Shown here: positions 9,726-19,800 of the stretch, in pieces | Layout: each line of letters begins with the position of its first letter | Numbering within the stretch: the first letter of the stretch is position 1 | Source: a virus | Direction: 5' to 3' (one strand) | Length of the DNA: 64,000 bases | IMG/VR virus record: IMGVR_UViG_3300046490_000164 | Coordinates: 6,170-70,169 of that record | Notes under the pieces: generated by a model | Databases searched by the model: none | What the model was told of the DNA's origin: nothing | What the model saw: the letters and a program-made list of their open reading frames with translations, nothing else | Position numbers and translations under genes: made by a program

Positions 9726-10346
9726 ATGATCGACAAGGCAGGCACCAAGGACATGGCAATGGTCGGTGTGGGTCTAGGCCACGGCGACTTCGGCAGGGTC
9801 ATCGGCGTCTTCGACGTCTGGACCACCAGGAACGGCCTCCCGTGCGCCGCGCTGACGAGGGCTGACGGAACCAAGGCGTACCGCACCACCGCCGACAACA
9901 CGATGACCACAGCGATGCTGAACCTGCTGCGGGACATCACCTGGCGGCTGGGCGTCAACGCGTCCGGCCCAGTCGGCGGTCTTTGGTCGGCCGGACCCTA
10001 CATCGGCCTCGCCCTCAACGCGCAGGTCATCACTGCGGCCACCACGCTCGCCACCGCTGGCACCTTCGAGGCGTCCGGCAACGGCTACACCGGCCGCATC
10101 GCCCCGACCTGGGTGGCCGGTGGCAACGGGCAAGGCAACAACACCGCCTCCCCGGCCTCGTGGACCGCCTCTGGCGGCAACCTCGGTGGCGCAGCGCTCG
10201 GCCAGCTCTTCACCACCCCAGCCGCCGCCACCACCGGCTCTGCCCCGAACGTCATCCTCATGACGTTCGCCACACTCAACGGCGGTCCATTCACCGTGGC
10301 GACCGGCAACACCCTCAACGTCACCTACACCCACACCTTCAGCTAA
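9726..10346 (+). CDS. putative virion structural protein, paralog B (about 207 aa)
   Basis: AAGGAGA Shine-Dalgarno motif then ATG at 9726. Shares the C-terminal motif with 9147..9692. Ala/Thr/Gly-rich beta-type composition. Confidence 0.5.
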   Translation: MIDKAGTKDMAMVGVGLGHGDFGRVIGVFDVWTTRNGLPCAALTRADGTKAYRTTADNTMTTAMLNLLRDITWRLGVNASGPVGGLWSAGPYIGLALNAQVITAATTLATAGTFEASGNGYTGRIAPTWVAGGNGQGNNTASPASWTASGGNLGGAALGQLFTTPAAATTGSAPNVILMTFATLNGGPFTVATGNTLNVTYTHTFS

Positions 10347-10355
10347 GGGTAGGCG

Positions 10356-10640
10356 ATGGCTACGGTTGGGACCGCCACGCTCAACTTCGGGTCGTTCCCA
10401 GGCTCGAACGAGGCGAGCGTGGCGGTCACCGGCCAAGGGACCATCACGACCGGCTCGGTGGCCGAGGCGTACTTCATGGCCGACTCGACGTCGGACCACA
10501 CCGCCTCCGATCACGCGTACGCCCCGACGTTCATCGAGCTGACGTGCGGCGCGCTCGTCAACGGCACCGGCTTCACGATCTACGGACGCAGCGCAGAGAA
10601 GATGCAGGGCACTTTCCAGGTCCGCTGGGTCTGGAGCTAA
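10356..10640 (+). CDS. small putative structural protein (94 aa)
   Basis: ORF with a Shine-Dalgarno motif upstream; ends ...GTFQVRWVWS. Sits in the same run as the paralogs above. Confidence 0.45.
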   Translation: MATVGTATLNFGSFPGSNEASVAVTGQGTITTGSVAEAYFMADSTSDHTASDHAYAPTFIELTCGALVNGTGFTIYGRSAEKMQGTFQVRWVWS

Positions 10641-10650
10641 GGAGTAGCGC

Positions 10651-12174
10651 ATGGCCATGGACGCGAACATCCGCGGACTCACCGGGACGCAGGCCGAGGT
10701 CGACTCGGCCAACAACCTGAAGGTGGTGCCGTCCGCCGCCCTCCCGACGGCGCCCTTCCACGTGCTCGGCGGGGAGCTGTCGTCGGCCACGGACCCCGCT
10801 GGCGTCGTCCGCAAGCGGGCCTGGATCAGCGCGGAAGGCCGTCTCCATACGGCGGTCGACCGTCCGGCGCTCTACGTCAACTTCGGCGGGTCCGCGACGG
10901 CCGCCAACGCCATCCCGCAGGACGTGCTCAAGCAGACCGCCACCACGATGACGGCCGACGCCGGCTCGACCACCGGCGGCTTCCTCCGCCTGAACGCCGG
11001 TGGCATCACGACCATCACGACGGGCATCCAGTACCAGACCTACGCCACCTTCCCGACCTACGGCGGCTTCGGCACCATCTACGAGTGGACGGCCAAGACG
11101 CTCAACGTCAACGGCACGGCCAACAAGGTGGTCGAGCTGGGGGTCGGGTACACCACCGACGCCAAGACGGCGGGGCTCCTCGACGGCTTCGGCTTCCGCT
11201 GGACGGCGACCAACACCTTCATCGGCTTCATGACCATCAACGGGTCGGAGTTCGCCACCGACGGCGCCGGCGGCCGTCCGGCGCCGATGACAATGCCGTC
11301 CGACGGCGTGGTGCACCGGTTCACCATCCGGAGCATGCAGGACGGGCTCTACTTCTTCGTCGATCAGGTGCTTCAGTGCGTCCTGAGCGTGCCATCGGAC
11401 CAGGCCGGTCCTGGGCTCCAGCCCAACCTGCCGATGCTGGTGCGCATCTACAACACCGGCTCGGCGCCTTCCGTGGCTCCGCAGCTCCTGATCTCGGAGC
11501 TGTGGGTCATCCAGGCAGGTATCGACTGGGGCAAGCCCTGGTCCCACATCGTGGCCGGCATGGGCCAGCACTGCGTCAACGTCCCCTACGGCCAGGCCAT
11601 GGCCGCCGCGGGCTCCGCGACCAACAACCGATCGGGCACGGCCGGTGGCGCGGCGGTCCCCGCCACGGCGGTCGGCACCAACACCGGCACCACGCTGCCG
11701 TTCACCGGCCTCGGTGGCATCGGCCGCATGACCGCCCAGGCGACGAACATCGCCGCCGCCGGTGACATGATCTTCTGCTCGTATCTGGTTCCGGCCCAGT
11801 CGGCCACGCAGGCGTCCAAGCGGCTCCACATCACCGGCGTGTCCATCGCGGCCTCCAACGGCGGTGCGGTGATCGCCACCACGCCGACGTGCCTCGTCTG
11901 GAGCCTCGCGTGGGGCCACACCGCGCTCTCCCTCGCGACCGGCGACTCCGCGTCGGCCAAGGGGCCGCGCTTCCTCGTCCTCGGCCAGATGTACGGTGCC
12001 ATCGGCGCCGTGATCGGCCAGGGCTACGACAAGGACATCGTCAGGCAGTTCCAGACGCCAATCGTCGTGAACCCCGGCGAGTACATCGCCGTCACCGTCC
12101 GGTTCCTCCTCGGCACGGCCACTGCCTCCCAGGAAGTCGTGGGCGTGATCGGCTTCGAGGGGTACTGGGAGTAA
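10651..12174 (+). CDS. hypothetical structural protein (507 aa); major capsid or sheath candidate, unproven
   Basis: Strong Shine-Dalgarno motif (TAAGGAG) upstream of the ATG. Long, Gly/Ala/Thr-rich beta-type protein that follows the small paralog run. No family recognised by eye. Confidence 0.55.
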   Translation: MAMDANIRGLTGTQAEVDSANNLKVVPSAALPTAPFHVLGGELSSATDPAGVVRKRAWISAEGRLHTAVDRPALYVNFGGSATAANAIPQDVLKQTATTMTADAGSTTGGFLRLNAGGITTITTGIQYQTYATFPTYGGFGTIYEWTAKTLNVNGTANKVVELGVGYTTDAKTAGLLDGFGFRWTATNTFIGFMTINGSEFATDGAGGRPAPMTMPSDGVVHRFTIRSMQDGLYFFVDQVLQCVLSVPSDQAGPGLQPNLPMLVRIYNTGSAPSVAPQLLISELWVIQAGIDWGKPWSHIVAGMGQHCVNVPYGQAMAAAGSATNNRSGTAGGAAVPATAVGTNTGTTLPFTGLGGIGRMTAQATNIAAAGDMIFCSYLVPAQSATQASKRLHITGVSIAASNGGAVIATTPTCLVWSLAWGHTALSLATGDSASAKGPRFLVLGQMYGAIGAVIGQGYDKDIVRQFQTPIVVNPGEYIAVTVRFLLGTATASQEVVGVIGFEGYWE

Positions 12175-12195
12175 GTTCCACCTTCAGGAGGCAGC

Positions 12196-12387
12196 ATGGC
12201 CATCGCCACCATCTACATCTGCGACCGCAAGAAGTGTCAGAAGACCGTCTCCGACGCGGCCGTGTCCGCCTTGCACATCGACATCATCGACCAGGCCGCC
12301 GGGACGCAGGCTCCGACAATCATCACCGACTTCATCCTCTGCCCCGACTGCAAGAAGGAGCTCGACGACCTCCTCACCGCGGAGTAG
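12196..12387 (+). CDS. small zinc-ribbon protein (63 aa)
   Basis: AGGAGG Shine-Dalgarno motif upstream. Cys pattern C-x4-C ... C-x2-C (ICDRKKC ... CPDC). Confidence 0.5.
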   Translation: MAIATIYICDRKKCQKTVSDAAVSALHIDIIDQAAGTQAPTIITDFILCPDCKKELDDLLTAE

Positions 12388-12436
12388 CGCAGGTGAGTCA
12401 CCGCAGTCTACGAGGTCCATGAAAGAGGGGTAGTCC

Positions 12437-15400
12437 GTGTCGTTGCTGCTAGCATTCGTAGGCGCCTTGACGTCCATGGTCGCCGCGAGTGACGCGACGA
12501 CACAGACAGATAGCGCCTCGTGCTGGATCTCCTCCTCCTCCAGCACCGGCGACACGACGACGCAGACCGACTCCGCTCCGGTGGGGCTCGGTCCTGCCTC
12601 GTCCGACGGGATCGGCCAGAGCGACAGCAACACGGCGAGCAATGTCGGGCCAGTCACCTTCGCCGTCGAGGGCGGCTCGCCCTTCGTCGGCTACTCGACG
12701 GGCCCGGGCACCAGCCCGAGCGTCGCGGTCACGACGGCGGGGGCATCCAAGCTCATCGCCATCGTGATCAGTGGCGCCAGCGCCCAGCCCGCCACGCCCA
12801 CCCTGGGCGCAAGCGGAGGCACGGGCTCTGGCAACGTGGGCGCCTGGTCGAACCCGGTGGCAGTCATCGGCACGACCAACAGATTCGCCTGGATCTTCGA
12901 GGCGGACAGCACGGGCGCCCTGGTGGGCGTCACCATCGGTGCCGCCGGTCCATGGGCCAACGCGGACAGCTCCATCCACGTCTACTCGGTCACGGGCGCG
13001 AACGCCTCGCAGGCGGGCCGGGCCACGCTGAGCGCAACGGCGGCGACCGGGACGCCGCAGGGCACCCTCAACTCGGCGGCCGGGTCCATCGCACTGTGGG
13101 GTGGTATCGGCGGCAGCGCCATCACGCCCGTGACCGGCAATGAGGTCGGGCTCGACGCAGCGTACACCGGCGACGAATACTTCAGCGGTCGCTGGACCGG
13201 GCTCACTGCTGGCTCGGTGTTGGTTGGCTCCTCTGCCTCGACCACCTCGGAGTGGACGCTCGTTGGCATCGAGGTGTTGCCCGCAGCGGGCGGATCGACC
13301 CAGACGAGCAGCACCACCGACGGCACGACGCTCACGGACAGCAACACGGCCTCCGTCGCTACTCCGGGCTCTTCGGCCAACACCGACGGCACCACGCAGT
13401 CTGACGCCAACACGGTCAGGCTGACGTCCGTCGTGGTCGATTCGACCACGCAGACCGACAACGCCTTCGGAGGAGCGCCGATCTTCCCCCTGGCGCTCTC
13501 GACCAACGGGCGCTACCTCAAGGACGCCAGCGGTAATCCGTGGCGCATCAAGGCTGACGCGGCCTGGTTCCTGTCGTCCATGGCGTCGCCGTCCCAGGTG
13601 GACACCTATCTGGCGAACCGCGCCGCCAAGGGCTTCAACGCCTTCTTCCTCATGGCGATGGTCCACCCGACCGGCTACGGCGCAGTGGACAGCTTCCACG
13701 GCAACACGACCAACGCCTACGATTACGCTGGCAACGTCGCCTTCACTACGCCGAACGACTTCTCGACTCCAGGTACGGCGTACTGGGCCAACCTCGACTC
13801 GATCATCACCAAGGCCTACAACGCAGGCATCGCCGTCTGCCTCTTCCCGTACTACCTCGGGTACGGCGGTGGCGTGCAGGGCTGGGAGAGCATCGTTGGC
13901 GCCATGTCCGGCGCGCAGGCCACAGCTTTCGGCACGTGGCTCGGCAACCGCTACAAGACCTTCACCAACATCCTCTGGATGGCCGGCGGCGACCACCACC
14001 CGACCGGCACCGCGCTCACCAACGTCAACCTGATCGACGCGGCCATCAGGGCCGCCGGAGCCGCGCAGCTCTGGGGCGCGGAGTTCAACGGCCACAACGA
14101 CGTGCCCTCCATCGACGACGCGGACGTGACCGGCGTCGACATGGACTCCTACTACGGGTACGGCCCGAACGGCAACTACAACGTCTACTACGACGCGGAT
14201 CGCGCGTACATCGCAGGTGCGCGGCCGGTGTGGGCGCAGGAGACCTGCTACGAGTACGAGGACAACACGGGAGACCGCGGCTCGCAGAACTCGCAGTGGT
14301 TCTGCCGACGGTCGCACTTCTGGAACAACCTGGCGGGTGGTATCGCGGGCTACGGCTTTGGCACGGCCAACGTCTACCTCATGTCGTGGGGCACGCCTGC
14401 CGTCGCCCTCGACAGCCCCGGCTCGGTGCAGACCGGTTACGCACACGGCCTCTTCAACACGATCCCGTGGTGGGATCTGCGTCCGAGCGGCACTGGCACT
14501 GGCAAGGCCGGGAAGACGCTCATCACCTCGGGTGCCGGCACCTGGGGAGTGTCGAACGTCGACACCGTCACCAGCGCGGTAACGGGCGACGGCGGCTGGC
14601 TCCTGGCGTACATCCCCGGCACGAACAACGGCACCGCGACCTCCGCCATCACTGTCGACATGACGGCCATGGGCGGCACCACTCGGGCCAGGTGGTGGAA
14701 CCCCGTTACCGGCGCCTATACCGCCATCGGGACCGGTTACGCCAACACCGGCACCCGGGCCTACACCACGCCAGGCAGCAACGGTGACGGCAACGACTGG
14801 GTCCTAGTGTTGGACGCCGCTCCGGCCACATCGTCGGCCACCAACGACACGACGACCGCTTCGGATAGCACACTCGTTGTGCTTGGGGCCGGGCAGATCG
14901 ACTCGGTCACACAGACGGCTACTTCCGCAGTCGCACAGGGGAGTGCCTCCACAGACGGTGCTACCCAGGCGGACTCGAATGCAGCGACTGTCGGTATCTC
15001 GATCGGTCTCGTCGACGCGACCTCTCAGGCCGATTCATCACCTGCGGCTCAGACTGCCCCACAGACAGATGGGAGCTCGCAAGCCGACCAGACCTCTATT
15101 GGGGTCCTCGCGTCAGAGGTCGATGGGGTATCGCAATCCGACATAAGCACGGCAACGCAGACTGCTGCGCTCGGTGATGGCGCAACGCAGATAGATTCCG
15201 TCTTGGTGAGTGTCCTATCCGCAACCTCCGACTTGGCGGTTGGTTCGGACAGCTCACAGACCCAGACTGGGACCTCAAGCGGTGACGTAACCAGCCAGTC
15301 CGACTCTACTGGTGTAGCCCAGGTACAGGCGTCTGTTGTTGTGGACGGTACGACGCAAGTCGATTCCGGCAACGTAACACAGGCACTGACATCGTCCGTC

Positions 15401-16840
15401 TCCGACAGTACGTCGCAGGTTGACCTAAACTCTGCAACCGTAGGAATCGTATCCAACATCGTCGATGCGTCGTCCCAGAGCGACCAGCTTACGGCTGCGT
15501 GCGGTGCGGCCCAGGCCGATATCAGTGCGCAGTCCGACGCAACAACGATAGGTCTTTGGGCCGCAGAGTCTGATGGAACATCTCAGGCAGATACTCAGCT
15601 CACTGTTCCTGTAGCCATACACGTCGATGGGGTCACTCAGTCTGACTCCTCGTCGACGTCCATTACTGGCCTCGAGTCGGACGGAACCTCTCAAGCAGAT
15701 TCCACGTCTGCTACCCAGACGTCTCCAGTCTCTGACGCAACGGCAGGGGCCGATTCTTCGACGGTTAGGGTCGTCTCGGCCCTGCTCGATACGTCTACAC
15801 AGACTGACGCTAGCGCAGCGACGTCAGTTACGTCTTCGGCCGATGGTACTTCTCAGACCGACGCCTCTGCCCTACGTACGGCCGCTACTCAATCGGATAA
15901 TACGTACTCTTCCGATTCGAATGCTGCCTGGCAGACCGCTGGGGAGTCGGATACCTGCTTTACGCCGGATTCTACCTCGGTAACTTTGTCGGCGACACAC
16001 TCCGACTCTACCGCAAGTGGGGATGCGGTGGTGTCCGGTGTGGGGGCCATCTCGTCTACAGGGGATGCCTCCTCGGCACTTGACTCCAGTGCGATCCTGG
16101 TCGGTGCGCCCAATCTAGATTCGACCGTAACGTCTGATGTCTCTGCGATCTTCCTTGTTGCTCGTACCCCCGACGCGGTCGCATCTGCGGACGTCGTTTC
16201 GGCCGTACCTACAGCAACTCAGACTGACACAACCGGAGCCGGGGACTCTACAGCCGTAACCGTCAAGCCTCTCTCCGCCGATCAGACCACATCGACAGAG
16301 TCAGTCAGCGTAACCACGGTCACCGTCTCTGGTTCTGTAGACTCTTCCAGCTCTGCGGACTCGTCAGGGGTAGCGCAGACATCTCGCACATCGGAAGTGT
16401 CGGCTTCGACCGACTCTGGATTTGCCGGACAAGGGTACTTGACCCTGTCGACGGACGGCACGGCGGTCACGGACTCTGTACAGACAACGGAAGGGTACGT
16501 TCACAGTGTATCCGATTCCGTAGCGTCCTCCGACAGTATAGCGACTAGCCGAAACCTCCAGCACTCGGACGGTGTCACTGCGACTGATGGCGTCATCGTA
16601 CAGTTCGTGTATGGTATCCCCGGTCAGTTGCCGGTACCGTTCCACTTCATGAGCGTTGGCGATGTCTTCACGTGGGCCGTCATGGGTGATGGCGGTCCAT
16701 ACCAAGTAACCTTCGACGTCGAGGTCGGCGTAGACTCCGTCTTCGAAATTTGGGATGGGGCCACACTTCTTGCTACCATCTACGTCTCGGGGGGCGGGGG
16801 AGACAGTTTCGACCCTCCGTTCGATGTCCTTTTGGGGTGA
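12437..16840 (+). CDS. giant tail-fibre-like protein (1467 aa): N-terminal TTQTDS repeats, a glycoside-hydrolase-like domain, then a long C-terminal periodic S/T/Q/D-rich repeat region
   Basis: 4.4-kb ORF. Its central domain at about nt 13480-14830 is roughly 75-80% identical at protein level to a domain in the next gene, sharing the conserved block FLMAMVHPTGYG...WMAGGDHHP...QNSQWFCRRSHFW. About 550 aa of repeats of the form DGTSQAD/TTQTD follow. Confidence 0.7.
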   Translation: MSLLLAFVGALTSMVAASDATTQTDSASCWISSSSSTGDTTTQTDSAPVGLGPASSDGIGQSDSNTASNVGPVTFAVEGGSPFVGYSTGPGTSPSVAVTTAGASKLIAIVISGASAQPATPTLGASGGTGSGNVGAWSNPVAVIGTTNRFAWIFEADSTGALVGVTIGAAGPWANADSSIHVYSVTGANASQAGRATLSATAATGTPQGTLNSAAGSIALWGGIGGSAITPVTGNEVGLDAAYTGDEYFSGRWTGLTAGSVLVGSSASTTSEWTLVGIEVLPAAGGSTQTSSTTDGTTLTDSNTASVATPGSSANTDGTTQSDANTVRLTSVVVDSTTQTDNAFGGAPIFPLALSTNGRYLKDASGNPWRIKADAAWFLSSMASPSQVDTYLANRAAKGFNAFFLMAMVHPTGYGAVDSFHGNTTNAYDYAGNVAFTTPNDFSTPGTAYWANLDSIITKAYNAGIAVCLFPYYLGYGGGVQGWESIVGAMSGAQATAFGTWLGNRYKTFTNILWMAGGDHHPTGTALTNVNLIDAAIRAAGAAQLWGAEFNGHNDVPSIDDADVTGVDMDSYYGYGPNGNYNVYYDADRAYIAGARPVWAQETCYEYEDNTGDRGSQNSQWFCRRSHFWNNLAGGIAGYGFGTANVYLMSWGTPAVALDSPGSVQTGYAHGLFNTIPWWDLRPSGTGTGKAGKTLITSGAGTWGVSNVDTVTSAVTGDGGWLLAYIPGTNNGTATSAITVDMTAMGGTTRARWWNPVTGAYTAIGTGYANTGTRAYTTPGSNGDGNDWVLVLDAAPATSSATNDTTTASDSTLVVLGAGQIDSVTQTATSAVAQGSASTDGATQADSNAATVGISIGLVDATSQADSSPAAQTAPQTDGSSQADQTSIGVLASEVDGVSQSDISTATQTAALGDGATQIDSVLVSVLSATSDLAVGSDSSQTQTGTSSGDVTSQSDSTGVAQVQASVVVDGTTQVDSGNVTQALTSSVSDSTSQVDLNSATVGIVSNIVDASSQSDQLTAACGAAQADISAQSDATTIGLWAAESDGTSQADTQLTVPVAIHVDGVTQSDSSSTSITGLESDGTSQADSTSATQTSPVSDATAGADSSTVRVVSALLDTSTQTDASAATSVTSSADGTSQTDASALRTAATQSDNTYSSDSNAAWQTAGESDTCFTPDSTSVTLSATHSDSTASGDAVVSGVGAISSTGDASSALDSSAILVGAPNLDSTVTSDVSAIFLVARTPDAVASADVVSAVPTATQTDTTGAGDSTAVTVKPLSADQTTSTESVSVTTVTVSGSVDSSSSADSSGVAQTSRTSEVSASTDSGFAGQGYLTLSTDGTAVTDSVQTTEGYVHSVSDSVASSDSIATSRNLQHSDGVTATDGVIVQFVYGIPGQLPVPFHFMSVGDVFTWAVMGDGGPYQVTFDVEVGVDSVFEIWDGATLLATIYVSGGGGDSFDPPFDVLLG
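13480..14830 (+). repeat. copy 1 of a divergent ~1.35-kb duplicated glycoside-hydrolase-like domain-coding segment
   Basis: Nucleotide and protein similarity to 19310-20650; for example, catggcgatggtccacccgacc is identical in both copies. Confidence 0.7.
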
Positions 16841-16842
16841 CC

Positions 16843-19800
16843 ATGCACGCTCTGGCAATTGCACTACTCATGGCCTTGGGGCCCGTTGACCTGACACAGG
16901 TAGATTGTGCCAAGACGGCCACCGCTGCGCACAACGATAGTCAGCACCTACGAGCCTACCAAGACTGGAATCCAATCTGCCTGGCAGCTAAGGAAATTCA
17001 GACGGCTCTGGTACTGGTACCCCCCACCATGGCCCAAGCAGGGTCGACCGTTACTGTTTCTGGAAAGCCTGGGTCGGTAATTTACCACCGTGAGGATGGT
17101 ACTGTTGCTGTGGCCGAAGCAGTAGGCACGGCCGCCTGCACCTCTCCGTGCTCGATCAGCCTAGCCACAGGCAGTACGACCATCTCTGCTGTCGCGACAT
17201 ACACCGGACGGTTTGCGTCTCCGGCAACCACACAGGCCTTTAACTACACAGCCTCCCCCATAGATCAGTCCATCCTACCATCCGGATTCAGGACAACATG
17301 GAACGCAGGAATTCCTGGCGGGATTCCTACCGACACAGACCCTACCAGGCCAGCTACACTCTACCTACCGAACGGAAACCCGTACTCCGGCTACTCAGTG
17401 AATCCGGCTCTGGCTGGGTACTCAAACGCTACTACGTTTACGATCGCATTTCAGGCAGCGATTGACGCAGCAGGCGCGGCCGCAACACCGACCTCTCGCA
17501 AGGTGGTCCTCCTCAAGGCTGGAGATTACTACATCGCCCCGCAGAACTTCCCCGGCACCTCGTTCCAGGTCGGGGTAGTCGTCCAAAAGGACAACGTGGT
17601 AATCCGCGGTGAAGGCGCCGACACCACCCGTATTGCGGCCAACGGTTTCATCGACAACTACGGCACCGTGCTCTTGTTCGGCCACCGGTACGGTTCCGCA
17701 GACGCGGACTTCGTGGTGCAGAACATGGCGGCCAGTGCTTACCGAGGGGACATGACGGTCACGGTCTCCAACGGCTCGGCCTACGCGGTGGGCGATGTGA
17801 TCACCATCGACCATCAAGATGGCGCTGCCACTCCGGTAGGCGCGGTCTATTTCAACGGGACTTATCTTTGGGAGTACGATTCCCAATACTTCAAGCGCCA
17901 GCCCACTGTGAGCTGGGCTGGGCCTGGCACCGGCGCGGCCGTGTACACCTCAGACCCCACAGATTACGCCTCGGCCAACCTCGTCGCGCAGAACGTCTTC
18001 CCGCTCTGGCGCTCCACGGTGCAGGCGACGGAGATCACCGCTATCAACGGAAACGTCCTGACCCTGAAGGACGCCATCAACATCGACTTCCCCCTCTCCG
18101 CTGTCCCACAGGTGTGGCGCACCGTGCCGGCCAACACAGCTAGCGCCAACGTCGGCACCCGCTGGGTCGGCGTCGAGAAGCTGGCAATCGCTGGCGGCAA
18201 CAACATCTGGGGATTCCCTGGCGGTAATGTTGGCTTCTCTTACTGCGCCTACTGCTGGGCTCAGAACATCGAAGCTGACGGCGGCCAGTGGACGGAGAAC
18301 GGCGACACGCACCGGCACCCCGGTAAGTACGGGTACAACATCGGAGTCGGCCGGAGCTACCGCACCGTGGTTCGTAACTCCTACGCACATGGCTCGACGG
18401 ACGAGAACCCGGGTGGCATCGCCTATGGCATCGTCGTCGGCGTGGGCTCGTCGGCCTGCTTGGTGGAGAACAACATCTCCCTCGAGAACAATAAGCCGAT
18501 CGCGCTCAACGAGACCGGCGGGGGCAACGTCATCGCCTACAACTACGCCGATGACGCTGTGCTGTGGAACAGCAGCACCTGGCTGGAGAACTGCATCGAC
18601 GACACACACTCTTCCTTCACGCACCACGACCTCATCGAGGGCAACTGGGCGTGCAACATCGGGGCGGACTCCACGCACGGCAACTCGGCTTGGCAGACCC
18701 ACCTTCGCAACTACGCCCACGGCAACAACACCCACGACCAGAAGACCGACAACCTCCGAGCGGTCGGGATGGATGGGTGGACCGGCGAGCACGCCTACAT
18801 CGGCAACGTGCTGCGCGGCGGCAACGTGTACCAAGTCACACCGGCCTCGCAGTCCGGCACACCGATCTACAAGCTCGGCGCCAACGCTGGGGGCAGCGGC
18901 CTCCTCTGGGACAACGGCTACTCCCTCGCGCACATCACCAGAGACGGCAACTGGGACAATGTCAGCAACGCCACCGTCTGGGCTTCCGGAGTCAAGACGA
19001 TCCCAGATTCTTTCTACTTGACCGGTAGGCCCGCGTTCTTCGGTAGCAACGCCTGGCCATGGGTGAGCCCTCTCACCGGCACCACTACAACTCTCCCGGC
19101 CAAAAAGCGTTACGATGATGGAACTCCGAACATCGTAGGTGCAGTCGCAGCCGTCGCCTGCACCTCCTATACCTATAGCGCGTGGTCACCCTCTACGTGC
19201 TCGTCTGGCAACCAGACTCGCGCCGTGGCGACCCAGGCGCCGTCGGGCTGCACCAACCAGGCGACGAACCCTCCGGTCCTCACGCAGAGCTGCACTCCAG
19301 TGGACGGGACGTTCCCGCTCTCGATCGCTTCGTCGGGTCGGTACCTCCAGACCGCGGTCGGCCAGCCCTGGCGCATCCAGGCCGACGCCGCCTGGCTGCT
19401 GCCGTCGATGGCGGCGCCCACCCAGGTTGACAGCTACATCGCCAACCGCAGGGCCAAGGGCTTCAACACCGTCTACCTCATGGCGATGGTCCACCCGACC
19501 GGGTACGGCGTCGCGGACAGCTACCACGGCAACACGAGCAATGCTTACGACTACGCCGGAAACCCGGCCTTCACGACGGCCAACAACTTCGCCACGCCGG
19601 GCGCCGCCTACTGGGCGAACCTCGACTCCATCATCGCGAAGGCAGCGGCTGGTGGGATGGCGGTTGCGCTCTTCCCCAACTACCTCGGCTACGCGGGGCT
19701 CAACCAGGGCTGGGAGACGGTGGTCTCAGGCATGACCGGCGCGCAGGCCACCGCCTGGGGCACGTGGATCGGGAACCGCTACAAGAACGCCGCCAACGTG

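Noticed and set aside
16750-16842. N-terminal 31 codons of track ORF 16750..25992 (MGWGHTSCYHLRLGG...)
   Set aside because: This stretch overlaps the end of the preceding gene. The ATG at 16843 abuts the upstream stop, and from there the protein aligns with the N-terminus of the paralogous fibre at 26016. The start was moved to 16843.
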